The position numbers and the translations under genes are program-made. Positions 11,560 through 24,752 of a stretch of 64,000 nucleotides of DNA are shown here, in pieces; within the stretch, counting starts at the first letter, position 1, and each line of letters opens with the position of its first letter. Source of the stretch: Mobula hypostoma (Eukaryota). The notes beneath the pieces were generated by a model that saw only the letters and a list, made by a program, of their open reading frames with translations, was not told where the DNA came from and made no database searches. The DNA lies in contig NC_086097.1 of the NCBI RefSeq assembly GCF_963921235.1, forward strand, positions 226,984,001 through 227,048,000, written 5' to 3'.

Positions 11560-12800
11560 GTACCTCTTCCTAGAGATGCTGCCTGGCCTGCTGTGTTCAC
11601 CAGCAACTTTGATGTGTGTTGCTTGAGTTTCCAGCATCTGCAGAATTCCTGTTGTTTGTTGTTGTTTGGGCCCAATATCTTACCAGGTCGGGTTCTGAAA
11701 GACTGCGCAGCCCAGCTAACCGAGGTGCTGATGGATTTATTCAGCATCTCTCTGGATCATCCAGTGGCATTGACATCAACCATTATGAAATGCTTTGAGC
11801 GACTAGTCCTGGAGCACATTAAAGCCTTCCTCCTGGCTACATTGGACCTTTTCCAATACACTTATCGCTCAGATTGAACCACTGACAATGCAATAGCCTC
11901 TGCCTTCCACTCTGTCCTGTCCCACCTGAAAATGGGGTCTAGTATGCCAGGCTGCTATTTATAGATTTCAGTTTGGCATTTAAAACCATCATACTCCAGA
12001 AGCTTGTGGCGAAACTGCCCTCGCTGGGTCTCAGCACATTCCTCTGTAACTGGATCCTAGTCTTCTTTACAGAATGACCCCAGTCAGTCCGTGTGGGCCG
12101 GTATGTCTCTGGTCTCATTACACTGAACACTGGCACTCCCAGGGCTGTGTGCTCAGCATGCTACTGTTCACACTGCTGACTGTGTCACATGATTCAATTC
12201 AAACCATATCATCTAGTTTGCGGATGATAGGACAGTGGTTGGTCTCATTAACAACAATGATGAGTCAGAGTATAGAAAGGAAGTGGAGCGGCTGGTGGAC
12301 TGGTGTGAGAGCAGCAACCAACATTTAAATGTGGAGAAGACTAAGGAAATGATTGTGAACTTTAGAAAGGTGCAGATGAACAATCCCCCTCTGTGCATAC
12401 ATGGCTCCTCCATAGAGAGAGTTAAGTGCACCAAGTTGCTGGGAGTTCACATCATGGACAACCTCATCTGGCCCCTCGATATCACCTCCCTGAACAAGGA
12501 GGCACCACTTTCTGAGGTGATTGAGGCAAGTGGGACTCAGCCCAGCCCCCATCTTAACAGAATCTTGCAGGAACACTGTTGAAAGTGTCCTGACAAGCTG
12601 CATCTCCATCTGGTATGGGAACAGCAGAACATTGGATTGGGAGTCCCTGCAAAGGACTGTGAGAGGATCATGGCGATTTCCTTATCTTCCATCAGGAGTG
12701 CTGCATACACAGGGCCCTTAGTCTTCTGAACTCCCTGCCATATTTGAAGTATCACCAGATCATTTCTACTGTACTGAACAGTATTTAATTTATGTACTTT

Positions 12801-13176
12801 GATTGAAACATATAAGATTATTAAGGGATTGGACACGCTGGAGGCAGGAAGCATGTTCCCGCTGATGGGTGAGTCCAGAACTAGAGGCCACAGTTTAAGA
12901 ATAAGGGGTAGGCCATTTAGAACGGAGTTGAGGAAAAACTTTTTCACCCAGAGAGTGATGGATGTATGGAATGCTCTGCCCCAGAAGGCAGTGGAGGCCA
13001 AGTCTCTGGATGTTTTCAAGAAAGAGATGGATAGAGCTCTTAAAAGATAGCGGAATCAAAGGTTATGGGGAGAAGGCAGGAACTGGATACTGATTGTGGA
13101 TGATCAGCCATAATCACAGTGAATGGCGGTGCTGGCTCGAAGTGCCAGATGGCCTACTCCTGCACCTATTGTATAT
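12801..13176 (+). mobile_element. CR1 LINE 3' end
   Basis: IETYKIIKG...RTRGHSLRI...KNFFTQRV..VWNALP; flanked by TGTACTTT on both sides. Confidence 0.85.
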
Positions 13177-14986
13177 TGTACTTTCTTTATCTTTGCATAA
13201 TTCATTTATAGATGTAATTTTTACTTTTCTAAGTTATTGTGTTGTTATATGTGCACTAATGTCATTTCCACCCTGGTCTGAAGAAACGTCTTGTTTGATG
13301 GTATACATGTACAGTATATAGTTAGATGACAATAAACTTGACTTGACAATTATGATCTTTCCCTTTCATTGCCAGTGATCTCCCTCAATCACATTTCTGA
13401 ACTTCAGTTCACCTGTTCCTACAGTGGCCCTCAGCACGTGCTCTTCTCTTAACTGTAAATTATTCATCTTCTCATATCACAGCCATATTTCACATAACTG
13501 CAACACAATTTCACCCCGCCATGAACATCCTGAAAACTGTCTATTATTCTTAATAGACATCTTCCATGAAAAATAAGCTCACAGAAATAACCATAACCAG
13601 TGTAAGATTTCAAAGTGATTCAACTGGATGAGAGAACACATTAGAATCTGTTTATTCAAATAATGTGACAGTTGTGTAACACTGGGAGTGAAACAAAGCA
13701 GACGCATTGGAAGTAACTAAAGTATTAACGACCCAATCAGACCATATGGCTGTCAGCAGTGTATCAATGCATTTTCCATTGCTTCTCTTTTGACTGCCCT
13801 GAATCTTTATTTTAAATGGTCTACCACTGAAAAGAGACACAATTTTGTGATGTAGATATACAGTACATACTGTTCTAAACTATAATCCTGAAGCAAACAG
13901 CCATTTGACATTTCTTTTCTTTTAACTATGGGATGCAGACCCTTTGACTGTCCACGAAACTGAATAACAAGTTATTATCAGTTATTCTTTCACTTCAGTA
14001 TTTACATTTTATACATTTCAACACTTGAAACTTGTTTGAAAGCCATTATGAATATCAATGTCTTGAGAATATTTAAATTAACCCTTCTGATTTAATTGTG
14101 CATTTTATGACATCTTATTTTTCCTTTTAAGTAACCTATTCCATATTTGGCCAAATATCCAACATCTCATGAAATGATTGTTTGGTTCCGATGGATTTTT
14201 TTATATTTCTGCTAAAGGGCAGGGTGGAGATAGCCAACTATAGGCAGAGGTCCTTACTGCCTATATCTTAAGTCCTATTAGCGTAACAACGTGGCCAGGA
14301 GCATGGTGCTTTTAAAGTCTTGCAGGCATGTCCTAAGACGTGTTTCCCTTCCCATTACCAGTTATATTTCACCATGCACATTACGTACATGGCACTTGAT
14401 AAATGCCTGCATCTTTTTAAAGTCCCTCATTAGTCTCTCCTTGCCCTTAGCAGAAAGTGCTGACTACTTTCTTTGACCCGGAAGCACCACAGGTACCTTG
14501 GGAGTAGGAAAAAAAAATGAGCAGTAGTTCATTGGACCAGATTCCAGCTCAGAGACGGGAACCTGTATAGCAGGAAGGGTTTTATGGAGGGTGTTGCACT
14601 GAGAAGATGAATTGTCATTTGTTGTCTGTTCTACTGGGATGAGTATGATGACATTTTTCTCCATAATATTTGGCCCCAGTCAATTTATTTGCATGATGGT
14701 TTCCTGGGCATTAGTAATATGCTCATTCATGTAGTCTCCTTAACCAAATGAATGTCACCTAAGGTTCCACATACTTTGTCTTAACATTCCTGATATATAA
14801 GCTAAAATGCATATTACAAAAATGGATGCATCTTTTTTTTTGCCTCAATCTCTCCTGATTTTCAATAATTAAAATAGATCTGGAAAAAAAAATCTATGCA
14901 TTTTAAAATTAGGAATTACTATTAAATTTAATGATTCTTAAGAATAAGTGTTGATATATCTTAATTATTTTTAACAAACAGATATT

Positions 14987-15052
14987 TACAGTTCTGTGCA
15001 AAAGTCTTAGGCACATATAGCTAGGGTGCCTAAGACTTCAACACAGTCTGTA
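14987..15052. mobile_element. ~65-bp Tc1/mariner-like palindromic MITE
   Basis: TA-CAGTTCTGTGCAAAAGTCTTAGGCAC...GTGCCTAAGACTTCAACACAGTCTG-TA. Confidence 0.75.
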
Positions 15053-15176
15053 AATTATATCTTTCCAGTTACTGAACAAATTTAGTACTACTGAGCAAAT
15101 ACAAAGCTAAGTACTCATATTTCTGTTTCCCAACCACTTTCCTATTTTAACCGATATATAGTTCTGTGCAAAAGTC

Positions 15177-18100
15177 ATAGAGAAGTACAGGACAGAAACA
15201 GGCCTTTCAACTCATCTAGTCCATGCTGAAAGCATTTAAACTGCCTACTTCCATTGACCTTAACAGGGACCATAGCCCCCGATACCCCTACTATCCTTGT
15301 ACCTATCCGAACTTCGTTAAAATGTTGAAATCAACCTTGCATGCACCTGGTGTGCTGGCAGCTCATCCCACATCCTCACGACCCTCTGACTGATGAAGTT
15401 TTCCCTCACGTTCTTCTAAAATTTTTCACCTTTCACCCTCAACCCATGACCTCTAGTTGGAGTCTCACCCAACTTCAGTAGAAAAAACCTGCTTGCATTT
15501 ACCCTATCTATACCCTTCATAATTTTGTATACCTTGATCAAGAATCCTGTCAATCTTTTACATTCAAAAGAAAAATGTCATGACCTATTCAATCTTCCCT
15601 TATAACTTAGGTCCTCCAGACCCGGCAACATTCTTGTAAATTTTCTGTGTACTCTTTCAATCTTGTTTGTACATCTTTCCCATAGGTAGGTGACCAAAAT
15701 TGCACACAGAACTCCAAATTAGGTCTTAATAATGTCTCATACAACTTCAATATCCTATTCTATGTCCTGTACTTTGATTTATGAAGGCCAATATTGCAAA
15801 AAAATTTATTTACAACCCTGTCTACCTATGACACCATTTTCAATGAATTCTGGACCTGTATTCCCAGATTCCTTTGTTTGACCACAGTCCTCAGCGCCCT
15901 ACCATTCACTGTGTAAGACCAACCCTGGCTGGTCCTACTGAAGTACAGCATCTTTCATTTGTCTGTATTAAATTCCATCTACCATTTTTTTAGCTGATTC
16001 AGATCCTTCTGTAAGCTATGATGGCCTTCCTCACTGTCCACTACACCCCCAATTTTGGTGTCATCCACAAATTGGCTGATAACATTATCTATACCACATT
16101 ATCATCCAGATTGTTGGTATAGATGACAAACAACAACAGACCCAGCACAGATCTCTAGGCACAGGCCTCCAGTTAGAGAGGCAACCATTATTTCCACTCT
16201 CTGATTTCTCCCACAAAGCTAATGTCTGATCCAATTTACTACCTCATCTTGAATGCCAAGCGACTGAACCTTCTTGACTAACTTCCCATGCGGGACCTTG
16301 TCATATGCCTTGCTGAAGTCCACGTAGGGAACATTGACTGCCTCGCGTTCATCCATTTTCCTGGCAACTTCTTCAAAAACTCTAAGGTTGGTTCGACATG
16401 ACCTTCCACATACGAAACGATGCTGACTTCCCTTAATCAGTCCATGCCTATCCAAATAATATATCCACTCCCTCCCTTTAATACCTTAATACCTTCCAAG
16501 AACTTTCCCACAACTGATGTCAGACTCACTGGCCTATAATTTTTTGGTTTATATGTTTACAGCCTTTCTTATACAGTGAAACAACATTGGCTATCCTTCA
16601 ATCCTCTGGTAGCTCTCCTCTCTCTAAGGATGATTTAAATATCTCTGCTATCTTTTTGCATATTTTCTTGAAAATAAGTGGCATTGTGGTCACTACGTGC
16701 AAAGTGTTCCCCTTCACATATTTCTGACACCTGCCCTGTCTCATTCCCTAATAGCAGGTCCAGTATCGCACACTCTTTCATTGGGACTTCTATGTACTAT
16801 GACCTCTTCATGAACACATTTGACAAACTGTATCCCATCTAGTCCTTTGACAGTATAGGAGTCCCAGTCAATATGTGGAAAGTTAAAATCACCTACTATA
16901 ACAACCTTATGTTTCTTGCAACAGTCTGTGTTCTCTCTACAAATTTGTTCCTCTAAATTCCTCGGACTGTTGGGTGGTCAGCGATATAGCCCTAGTAACA
17001 TGGTCATTTCTTGGTTCCACCTATAACACCTCACTAGATGAGTTCTGATGGAGCAGTGCCATGAAATTTTCCCTGGCTCATGATGCCACCCCTCCTCCTT
17101 TAATCCCTCCCATTCTGTCACGTGTAAAACAATGGAACCCCAGAATATTGAGTTGCCAGTCCTGCTCTCCAAGTCACACTAATGGCTACAATATCTTAAG
17201 TCCACGTGTTGATCCATGCCCTGAGCACATCCGCCTTTCCTACGGTACTTCTTGCATTGAAATATATGCAGCTGAGGACACCAATCGTACCATGCTTAAC
17301 CTTTTGATTCCTGACTTTGTCTGAGTTTTTACCAACATCTGTCTTCACAACCTCTCAGCTAACTGTTTTGGTACTATGGTTTGCATACCCTTACAACTGT
17401 AGTTTAAACCCCACAGTGCAGCATTATTAAACCTTCCTGCTAGGTTATTAGTTCCCTTCCAGTTCAGGTGCAAACAGTCTCCTCTGTACAGGTCACACCT
17501 TCCCTGGAAGAGAGCCCAGTGATCCAAAAATCTGAAGCCCTCCCTTCTATACCAACTCCTTAGTCTCGTGGTTGCTGGCCTCAATAGCATGTGGTACAGG
17601 TAGCAATCCTGAGATCATAACCCGAGAAATCTTGCTCTTTAACTAAGCACCTATGAATCTCAACCCACGGCATTGAGTACGGAAGATGGGATGTTATGTT
17701 GAAGTTGTATAAGATGTTGGTGAGGCTGAATTTGGAGTATTGTGCATGCATTTTTGGTCACCTAGCTACAGGAAAGATGTAAGCAAGGTTGAAAGAGTGC
17801 AGAGAAAATCTACAAAATGTTGCCAAGTCTGGAGGACCTGAGTTATAAGGAATGGTTGAATAGTGAGGACTGGATTCTTTAGAATGTAGGAGATTGAGAG
17901 GAGGTTTGATACAGGTATACGAAATTATGAGGGGTATAGATAGGGTAAATGCAAGCAGTCTTTTCCTTTGAGGTTGGGTGGGACTACAACCAGAGGTCAT
18001 GGATTAAGGGTGAAAGGTGAGAAGTTTAAAGGGCACATGAGGGGAAACTTCTTCACTCAGCAAGTCATGAGAGTGTGGAATGAGCTTTCAGCAGAAGTGG

Positions 18101-19278
18101 CCAATTTGAATGTTTAAGAGAAGTTTGGACAGGTGGATGGATAGTAGGGGTATGAAGGGCTATAGTCCCGGTGCAGGTCGATGGGAGTAGGCAGTTTAAA
18201 TAGTTTCAGTATGGACAAGATGGGCTGAAGAGTCTGTTTCTGTGCTGTACTTCACTATGACTCTAACACCCTGAACTCCCTTTGCAGAACCTCGTCACTC
18301 ACTCTACCCATGTCATTGGTACCTACAACAGTCACAACCTCTGGTTGTTCACCCTCCCACCTGAGAATGCTGAAGAGTGATCTGACATGTCCTGGTCTTT
18401 GGCACCCAGGATGCAACATACATTCTAGGAATCTCATTCTCACCCAGAGAACCTCCTTTCTGTTCCTCTAACCAGCAAATCTCCATCACCTTAGCCCACC
18501 TCTTCTCCCCCCTTCTTCCCTGAGTCACAGAGCTAGACTCAGTGCCAGAAATCCAGCTGCTGTGACTTTTCCTCTGCAAGGTCATTCCTCCCAATATCCA
18601 AAGTGATATACCTGTTGTTGAGGGAGATGGCCACAGGGGTATTCTCCACTGGCTACTTAACCCTTTTCCCCTTCCTGACAGTCGCTCAGTTTCCCGTGTC
18701 CTTCATCTTGGGTGTAACTACCTCTCTCTATATCCTATCTATTATGCCCTCACCTTCTGAATGATTTGGTGTTCATTCAGTCCCAGCTCTTAACTCCTTA
18801 ACGCAGTTTGTTAGAAGCTGAAGCTGGATGCACTTCTCGGAGGTGTAGTTGTTAGGGACAGTGGAGGTCTACTGCCTGGCATCTCTGTTGCCCTAACTAA
18901 GCAAATATCAAGTGGGGGGGGGTAGAAAACCTCTACCTTCTGCTTTTTGTTTTTGCCTTCTCTGACTGAAGCCCCTCTTCACTGAAGCTTTAAAGAGCTA
19001 AAGCCTCAAAATCTCTACTCTGACGATGGCCGCTCTGCTTGCCCCTGCCTTATTTTAATTTGTTCTTGCTAATCAATACCAAACACCAATTGGCTGCTGC
19101 TCAAAGCTCCAAAAAACTGCCGTGAGTTGCTGCCTTTAAGTCGGCAGTGAACCTGAGTGAATTACATCCTCTGAAGCTTCTGATCTCTCTGAATGATTGC
19201 TGGTCAAAACTACAAAAATGGTCATGAGTTGCTGCCTTAAATAACCGATCAGCGAGCCTGAGTCTCTGGGTGCTGGTC
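15177..19278 (-). mobile_element. Near full-length but degenerate, internally deleted CR1 LINE: 5' UTR, SGNH-esterase ORF1, APE/RT ORF2
   Basis: AAAGTC TSD. ORF1 remnants EGEQPEVVTVVGTNDMGR and WYRREGFRFLDHW...DCLHLNWKG; ORF2 remnant YVDFSKAYDKVPHGKL. Confidence 0.85.
17665..18260 (+). mobile_element. CR1 3' fragment nested in opposite orientation inside the CR1 ORF1
   Basis: LYKMLVRLNLEYC, TRGHGLRVKGE and GNFFTQ..WNE remnants. Confidence 0.8.
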
Positions 19279-20024
19279 AAAGTCTTGGGCACCCTAGTTA
19301 TATATATATATGTGCCTCAGACTTTTACACAGTGCTGTATTTGGTTCTAGATTTTCAGTTTATTAAAATAATCTACTTCTCCTGTTAGCTTAGGCTGCTG
19401 AGCTGTATATTCACTACTCTCTGCATAGGCTATGAAATAAAAACAAAAATCTGCTTTTCTTTTAACCATGAATTGTTTCCCTTGAATTTATTACTGTATC
19501 AAACATTTAGATTTAGTTTTTCTAAACCCCAGGCGCTTACTTTGCAGCCATCTGGACTCGTACTGTAACTTAAGATCTTGTTGGCTTTCTTTACTGCTGC
19601 ACATACTACACTGATAGTTTTATGCAATTTATCTCAATTGTTTCCAGATTCTTTGAGCTCTATTCTGTAAACTAATATAGCTCCATTACAATTGTTTGTA
19701 CTGATCACAGTACCTCACTATTCATATTGACAATGTTGTAAAAGTAATAATGACTATTTGCTTTTTAGTGAAGTTCTCAGTTTGAACTTTTGATACTTCA
19801 GATTCAAAATAATTGCAACAGTTAACTTTTAAAGATAGCTCAGTACAGTGTTAGGTTAATCGACTTATATCACTTTTTATCTGAATGCGTTTTTAATACT
19901 ATTGCCTCCAGTGTGTTATTTTGTTAATTCTACAAACGTAGTATTGAAGCCCTTTACTGCCAGCATTATATTCACCAAAGAGATAATGTTTCTGACTTTC
20001 ACATTTGTGTACAGTACTGCTGAA

Positions 20025-20570
20025 GACTGGGCACATATCCCTGCAGGTGTCGGAAATGCCACACCTGCCTATTCACATCCTTCCTTACCTTCGTTCGAGG
20101 TCTCAAACCGTCCTTCCAGGTGAGGCTCAGTAGCCTTCAACCTGATGGCATAACATCAATTTTTCCATCCAGTCATTTTTTTCTCTCCCCCTTCCCTTCT
20201 CCTGTTCCCCACCTTCCCTTCTCCTGTTCCCCACCTTCCCTTCTCCTGTTCCCCACCTTGACTTCTTACCTCTTCTCCTCACTTTCTTAACACTTACCCC
20301 TGGTGCCCTTCCTTCTTCCCTTTCTCGTAGGGCTCACTCTCCTCTCATATATCAGATTCCTGCTTCTACAGCCCTTTACCTTTCCCATCAACTTCCCTTG
20401 TCATCTTCTAGCTAGCCCTCCTTCCCCACCTCCTACCTTCTTATTCTGTCTTCCCCTTCCCTTCCATCCTGAAGAAGGGTCTCTGCCCAAAATGTCAATT
20501 GTTTATTTATTTCCATAGATGCTGCCTGAGCTGCTGAGTTCCTCCAGCATTTTGCATGTGTTGCTGTAGA
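20025..20570 (+). mobile_element. Old PLE 3' remnant with a 22-nt tandem triplication (20190-20259) and a decayed hammerhead (~20468-20500)
   Basis: CCTTCCAGGTGAGGC, CAACCTGATGGCATAACATC and CTGAAGAAGGGTCTCTGCCCAAAATGTC; (CCTTCCCTTCTCCTGTTCCCCA)x3. Confidence 0.7.
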
Positions 20571-20784
20571 CTTGTATGATATTGTGAACCTATAGAATCT
20601 TATTACTGTGCTATGGATGATCTTTCTTTCATATATAGTGAATTCAGTATTGTGGCAGAAACAATATTCTTGAAGAATCTCTTCACTTTTCATTTCACTT
20701 TTCATTTCACATCAAAAGGTACTAGCTAGATCAAAAAATAATTTCATTCTTTCCTATCTTTCCATAAATTTAAACTAACACAGG

Positions 20785-21238
20785 CCCTATAAGCATCTCA
20801 GCGGGTGTTGAAAACTGTTCAGCAGATTATCGGCACCCAATTGCCCACCATTGAGAACATCTATCATAAGCGCTGCTTGGGCAGGGCGAAAAGCATTATC
20901 AAGGATGCATCTCACCCTAACCATGGACTTTTTACTCTCCTCCCATCCAGTAGCCACTACAGGAGCCTCTGCTTCCGCACCAGCAAACTCAGGAAGAGCT
21001 TCTTTCCTGAGGCTGTGACCCTGCTGAACCTCACATCACAACGCTAAGCAGTATTGCACCCATATTGTACTGTCTCAGTACTTTTATATTTGTATGCTGT
21101 CGCACTTACTTTGTATTCGCAGTTATTTTGTAAATAATACTATTCTTTTGCACTTCTGGTCAGATGCCAATTGCATTTCATTGGCTTCGTATCTGTACTC
21201 GGCACAATGACAATAAAGTTGAATCTAATCTAATCTAA
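20785..21238 (+). mobile_element. Rex1/L2-type LINE 3' end
   Basis: HPNHGLFTLLPS..YRSL..RTSKLRKSFFPEAV; AATAAA plus (AATCT)n tail. Confidence 0.8.
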
Positions 21239-21416
21239 TGTAATATGACTAATGGTGCAATGGAGCATATTTTTTTTAGAGATACAGCATAGTAACAGGC
21301 TCTTCTGTTCCAGTGAGTCCATGCCACCCAGTTACAACCATGTGACCAATTAACCAACACACATCAAAGTTGCTGGTGAACGCAGCAGGCCAGGCAGCAT
21401 CTGTAGGAAGAGGTGC

Positions 21417-21452
21417 AGTCGACGTTTCAGGCCGAGACCCTTCGTCAGGACT
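21417..21452 (-). ncRNA. Minimal type I hammerhead ribozyme
   Basis: Identical to the 914-949 motif. Confidence 0.83.
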
Positions 21453-23052
21453 AACTGAAGGAAGAGTAAGTAAGGGATTAGAAAGTTGGAGGGGGAGGGG
21501 GAGATCCAAAATGATAGTAGAAGACAGGAGGGGGAGGGATAGAGCCAAGAGCTGGACAGGTGATAGGCAAAAGGGGATACGAGAGGATCATGGGACAGGA
21601 GGTCCGGGAAGAAAGACAGGGGGGGGGACCCAGAGGATGGGCAAGAGGTACATTCAGAGAGACAGAGGGAGAAAAAGGAGAGTGAGAGAAAGAATGTGTG
21701 CATAAAATAAGTAACAGATGGGGTACGAGGGGGAGGTGGGGCCTTAGCGGAAGTTAGGGAAGTCGATGTTCATGCCATCAGGTTGGAGGCTACCCAGACG
21801 GAATATAAGGTGTTGTTCCTCCAACCTGAGTGTGGCTTCATCTTTACAGTAGAGGAGGCCGCGGATAGACATGTCAGAATGGGAATGGGATGTGGAATTA
21901 AAATGTGTGGCCACTAGGAGATCCTGCTTTCTCTGGTGGACAGAGCGTAGATGTTCAGCAAAGCAGTCTCCCAGTCTGCGTCGGGTCTCGCCAATATATA
22001 AAAGGCCACATCGGGAGCACCGGACGCAGCATATCACCCCAGTCGACTCACAGGTGAAGTGTTGCCTCACCTGGAAGGACTGTTTGGGGCCCTGAATGGT
22101 GGTAAGGGAGGAAGTGTAAGGGCATGTGTAGCACTTGTTCTGCTTACACGGATAAGTGCCAGGAGGGAGATCAGTGGGGAGGGATGGGGGGGACGAATGG
22201 ACAAGGGAGTTGCGTAGGGAGCGATCCCTGCGGAATGCAGAGAGGGGGGGGGAGGGAAAGATGTGCTTAGTGGTGGGATCCCGTTGGAGGTGGCAGAAGT
22301 TACGGAGAATAATATGTTGGACCCGGAGGCTGGTGGGGTGGTAGGTGAGGACCAGGGGAACCCTATTCCTAGTGGGGTGGCGGGAGTATGGAGTGAGAGC
22401 AGATGTACAAATGGGGGAGATGCGTTCAAGAGCAGAGTTGATAGTGGAGGAAGGGAAGCCCCTTTATTTGAAAAAGGAAGACATCTCCCTCGTCCTAGAA
22501 TGAAAAGCCTCATCCTGAGAGCAGATGCGGCGGAGACGGAGGAATTGCGAGAAGGGGATGGCGTTTTTGCAAGAGACAGGATGAGAAGAGGAATAGTCCA
22601 GATAGCTGTGAGAGTCAGTAGGCTTATAGTAGACATCAGTGGATAAGCTGTCTCCAGAGACAGAGACAGAAAGATCTAGAAAGGGGAGGGAGGTGTCGGA
22701 AATGGACCAGGTAAACTTGAGGGCAGGGTGAAAGTTGGAGGCAAAGTTAATAAGGTCAACGAGTTCTGCATGCGTGCAGGAAGCAGCGCCAATGCAGTCG
22801 TCGATGTAGCGAAGGAAAAGTGGGGGACAGATACCAGAATAGGCACGGAACATAGATTGTTCCACAAACCCAACAAAAAGGCAGGCATAGCTAGGATACG
22901 GGTGCCCATAGCTACACCCTTAGTTTGGAGGAAGTGGGAGGAGCCAAAGGAGAAATTATTAAGAGTAAGGACTAATTCTGCTAGACGGAGCAGAGTGGTG
23001 GTAGAGGGGAACTGATTAGGTCTGGAATCCCTTACTCACTCTTCCTTCAGTT

Positions 23053-23088
23053 AGTCCTGACGAAGGGTCTTGGCCTGAAACGTCGACT
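23053..23088 (+). ncRNA. Minimal type I hammerhead ribozyme
   Basis: AGTC-CTGACGA-AGGGTCTTGGCCT-GAAACGTC-GACT. Confidence 0.83.
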
Positions 23089-23521
23089 GCACCTCTTCTT
23101 ACAGATGCTGCCTGGCCTGCTGCGTTCACCAGCAACTTTGATGTGTGTTGCTTGAATTTCCAGCATCTGCAGAATTCCTGCTGTTTGACCAATTAACCAA
23201 TTAACTTGCATGTCTTTGGAATGTGGAAGGAAACCAGAACACCTGGAGGAAACCCACACAGTCAGGGAGAACGTACAAACTCCTTATGGTAGCAGAATTG
23301 AATCTGAGTCACTGGCTCTGTAATAATGTTACATTAATCACTATGCTATTGACATAATATAAAGCACCTGTTAATTATCTCAAATTGGATACTTAATCAG
23401 GGCAGGACGATCATAATTTACTTCAGTATTGTAATTGGTAATATGTACAAAACCATATATACAGAATATGAATATCTGGGGCAGCAAAATCATGCCACCA
23501 TTTTCAGTGTTCTGACTTTTT

Positions 23522-24355
23522 ATAAGACTATGAGACCATAAGACATAGGAGCAGAATTAAGCCATTTGGCCCATCGAGTCTGCTCTCTCATTCAATCATG
23601 GCTGATCCTTTTTTTCCTCTCCTCCTCAACTCCAGTTCCCGGCCTTCTCCCCGTAACCTTTGATACCATGTTCAATCAAGAACTTATCAATCTCTGCCTT
23701 AAATACACTCAACAACCTGGCCTCCACAGCTGGATGTGGCAACAAATTCCATGAATTCACCACCCTTTGGCTAAAGCAATTTCTCTGCATCTCCGTTTTG
23801 AAAGGAAACCCCTCTGTCTTGAGGCTGTGCCTTTTTGTCCTGGACACTCGCACTATGGGAAACATCCTTTCCATATCTACTCTGTCTAGGCCTTTCAATA
23901 TTTGAAAGGTTTCTATGAGATCCCCCCTCATCCTTCTGAATTCCAGCAAGTATAGACCCAGAGTCATCAAACGTTCCTCATGTGATAACACTTCCATTCC
24001 TAGAATCATCCTTGTGAACCTCCTTTGGACTCTCTCCAAAGCCAGCACATCTTTTCTAAGATGAGGGGCCCAAAACTGTTCACAATACTTCAAGGTGAAG
24101 CCTCACCAGTGCCTTAATAAAGCCTCAGCATCACATCATTGCTCCTGTATTCTGGACCTCTTGAAATGAATGCTAATATGGTATTTGCCTTCCTCACCAC
24201 CGACTCAACCTGCAAGTTAACCTTCAGGGTGTTCTGCACAAGGACTCCCAAGTCCCTCTGCATCTCAGATTCCTGGATTGTCTCCCTGTTTAGAAAATAG
24301 TCTGCACATTTATTTCTACTATCAAAGACCATGTATTTTCCAACATCGTATTTCA
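23522..24355 (-). mobile_element. CR1 LINE 3' part
   Basis: YCEQFWAPHLRKDVLALERVQRRFTRMI; tail of TCTTATGG-type repeats. Confidence 0.9.
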
Positions 24356-24619
24356 CAAGGGTCCATAATCCTAAATCTGGCCTTTGGTTGCATAACAATG
24401 GTCCAAAAGCATTGCTCTTGTTGTTTGAGTGTGTAAGAGGCCTTTCTATCGTTAATGCTTGAATAAGCCAAAGTATAGATAAGGACTTTTGATTGTAGCA
24501 GGTAATGCTTACTGTGATATAAAGCCCCGGTGTAATTAATTGACCTCTTCAGTTGAGTATACAATGCTAATGCAAGGGTAATAGCATGAGAACTCAATAG
24601 CATGTTATGTTTCTCCTAT

Positions 24620-24752
24620 GAATCCTGATGAAGTGTTGCAATATTGACTCTTTATTCCCCTCCATAGATGCTGCCTGACCTGCTGAATTTCTCCAGCATT
24701 TGTTTTTTGTGTTGCTCTGAATTTTCGGCATCTGCAGAACCTCTTGTGTTTA
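24620..24752 (+). mobile_element. Old PLE terminus with tail and decayed hammerhead
   Basis: AATCCTGATGAAG...ATTGACT...CCATAGATGCTGCCTGACCTGCTG...GCATCTGCAGAACCTCTTGTGTTT. Confidence 0.65.

Larger units (their letters stand above)
10958..11667. mobile_element. Non-coding two-armed PLE insertion (inverted terminal-repeat pair, two hammerheads)
   Basis: 14-bp TSD GGGCCCAATATCTT at 10944-10957 and 11668-11681. Minus arm ~10958-11340, plus arm ~11345-11667. Confidence 0.92.
10395..13347 (+). mobile_element. Rex1/Babar-like LINE (degenerate ORF2) hosting a PLE and a CR1 insertion
   Basis: MWQGIKRITDYK, KAMGPN..GRVLKDCAAQL, PVALTSTIMKCFERLV and LNVEKTKEMIVNFRK; tail AATAAACTTGACTTGAC. Confidence 0.85.
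15157..19339. mobile_element. Second copy of the same mini-MITE, split by a CR1 insertion
   Basis: Left half TATAGTTCTGTGCAAAAGTC (15157-15176); right half AAAGTCTTGGGCAC...GACTTTTACACAGTGCTGTA (19279-19339). Confidence 0.75.
21358..23185 (-). mobile_element. Young two-armed PLE: minus arm (RT 3' half plus GIY-YIG, 21358-23030) and short plus arm (23026-23185)
   Basis: 15-bp TSD TGACCAATTAACCAA at 21343-21357 and 23186-23200. LRYIDD and GIY-YIG motifs; AATCC microhomology at the arm junction. Confidence 0.93.
21275..23350 (-). mobile_element. tRNA-derived V-SINE (HE1-like), interrupted by a PLE
   Basis: V-domain-like GTGGGTTTCCTCCAGGTGTTCTGGTTTCCTTCCACATTCCAAAGAC on the minus strand. The halves join across the PLE TSD. 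Confidence 0.7.

Noticed and set aside
14240..14267. Hairpin TATAGGCAG-N9-CTGCCTATA in unique DNA
   Set aside because: A single short stem with no family context; compatible with chance.
20190..20259. Three direct repeats that might suggest a CRISPR-like array
   Set aside because: Head-to-tail 22-nt units without spacers in eukaryotic DNA; a slippage minisatellite.
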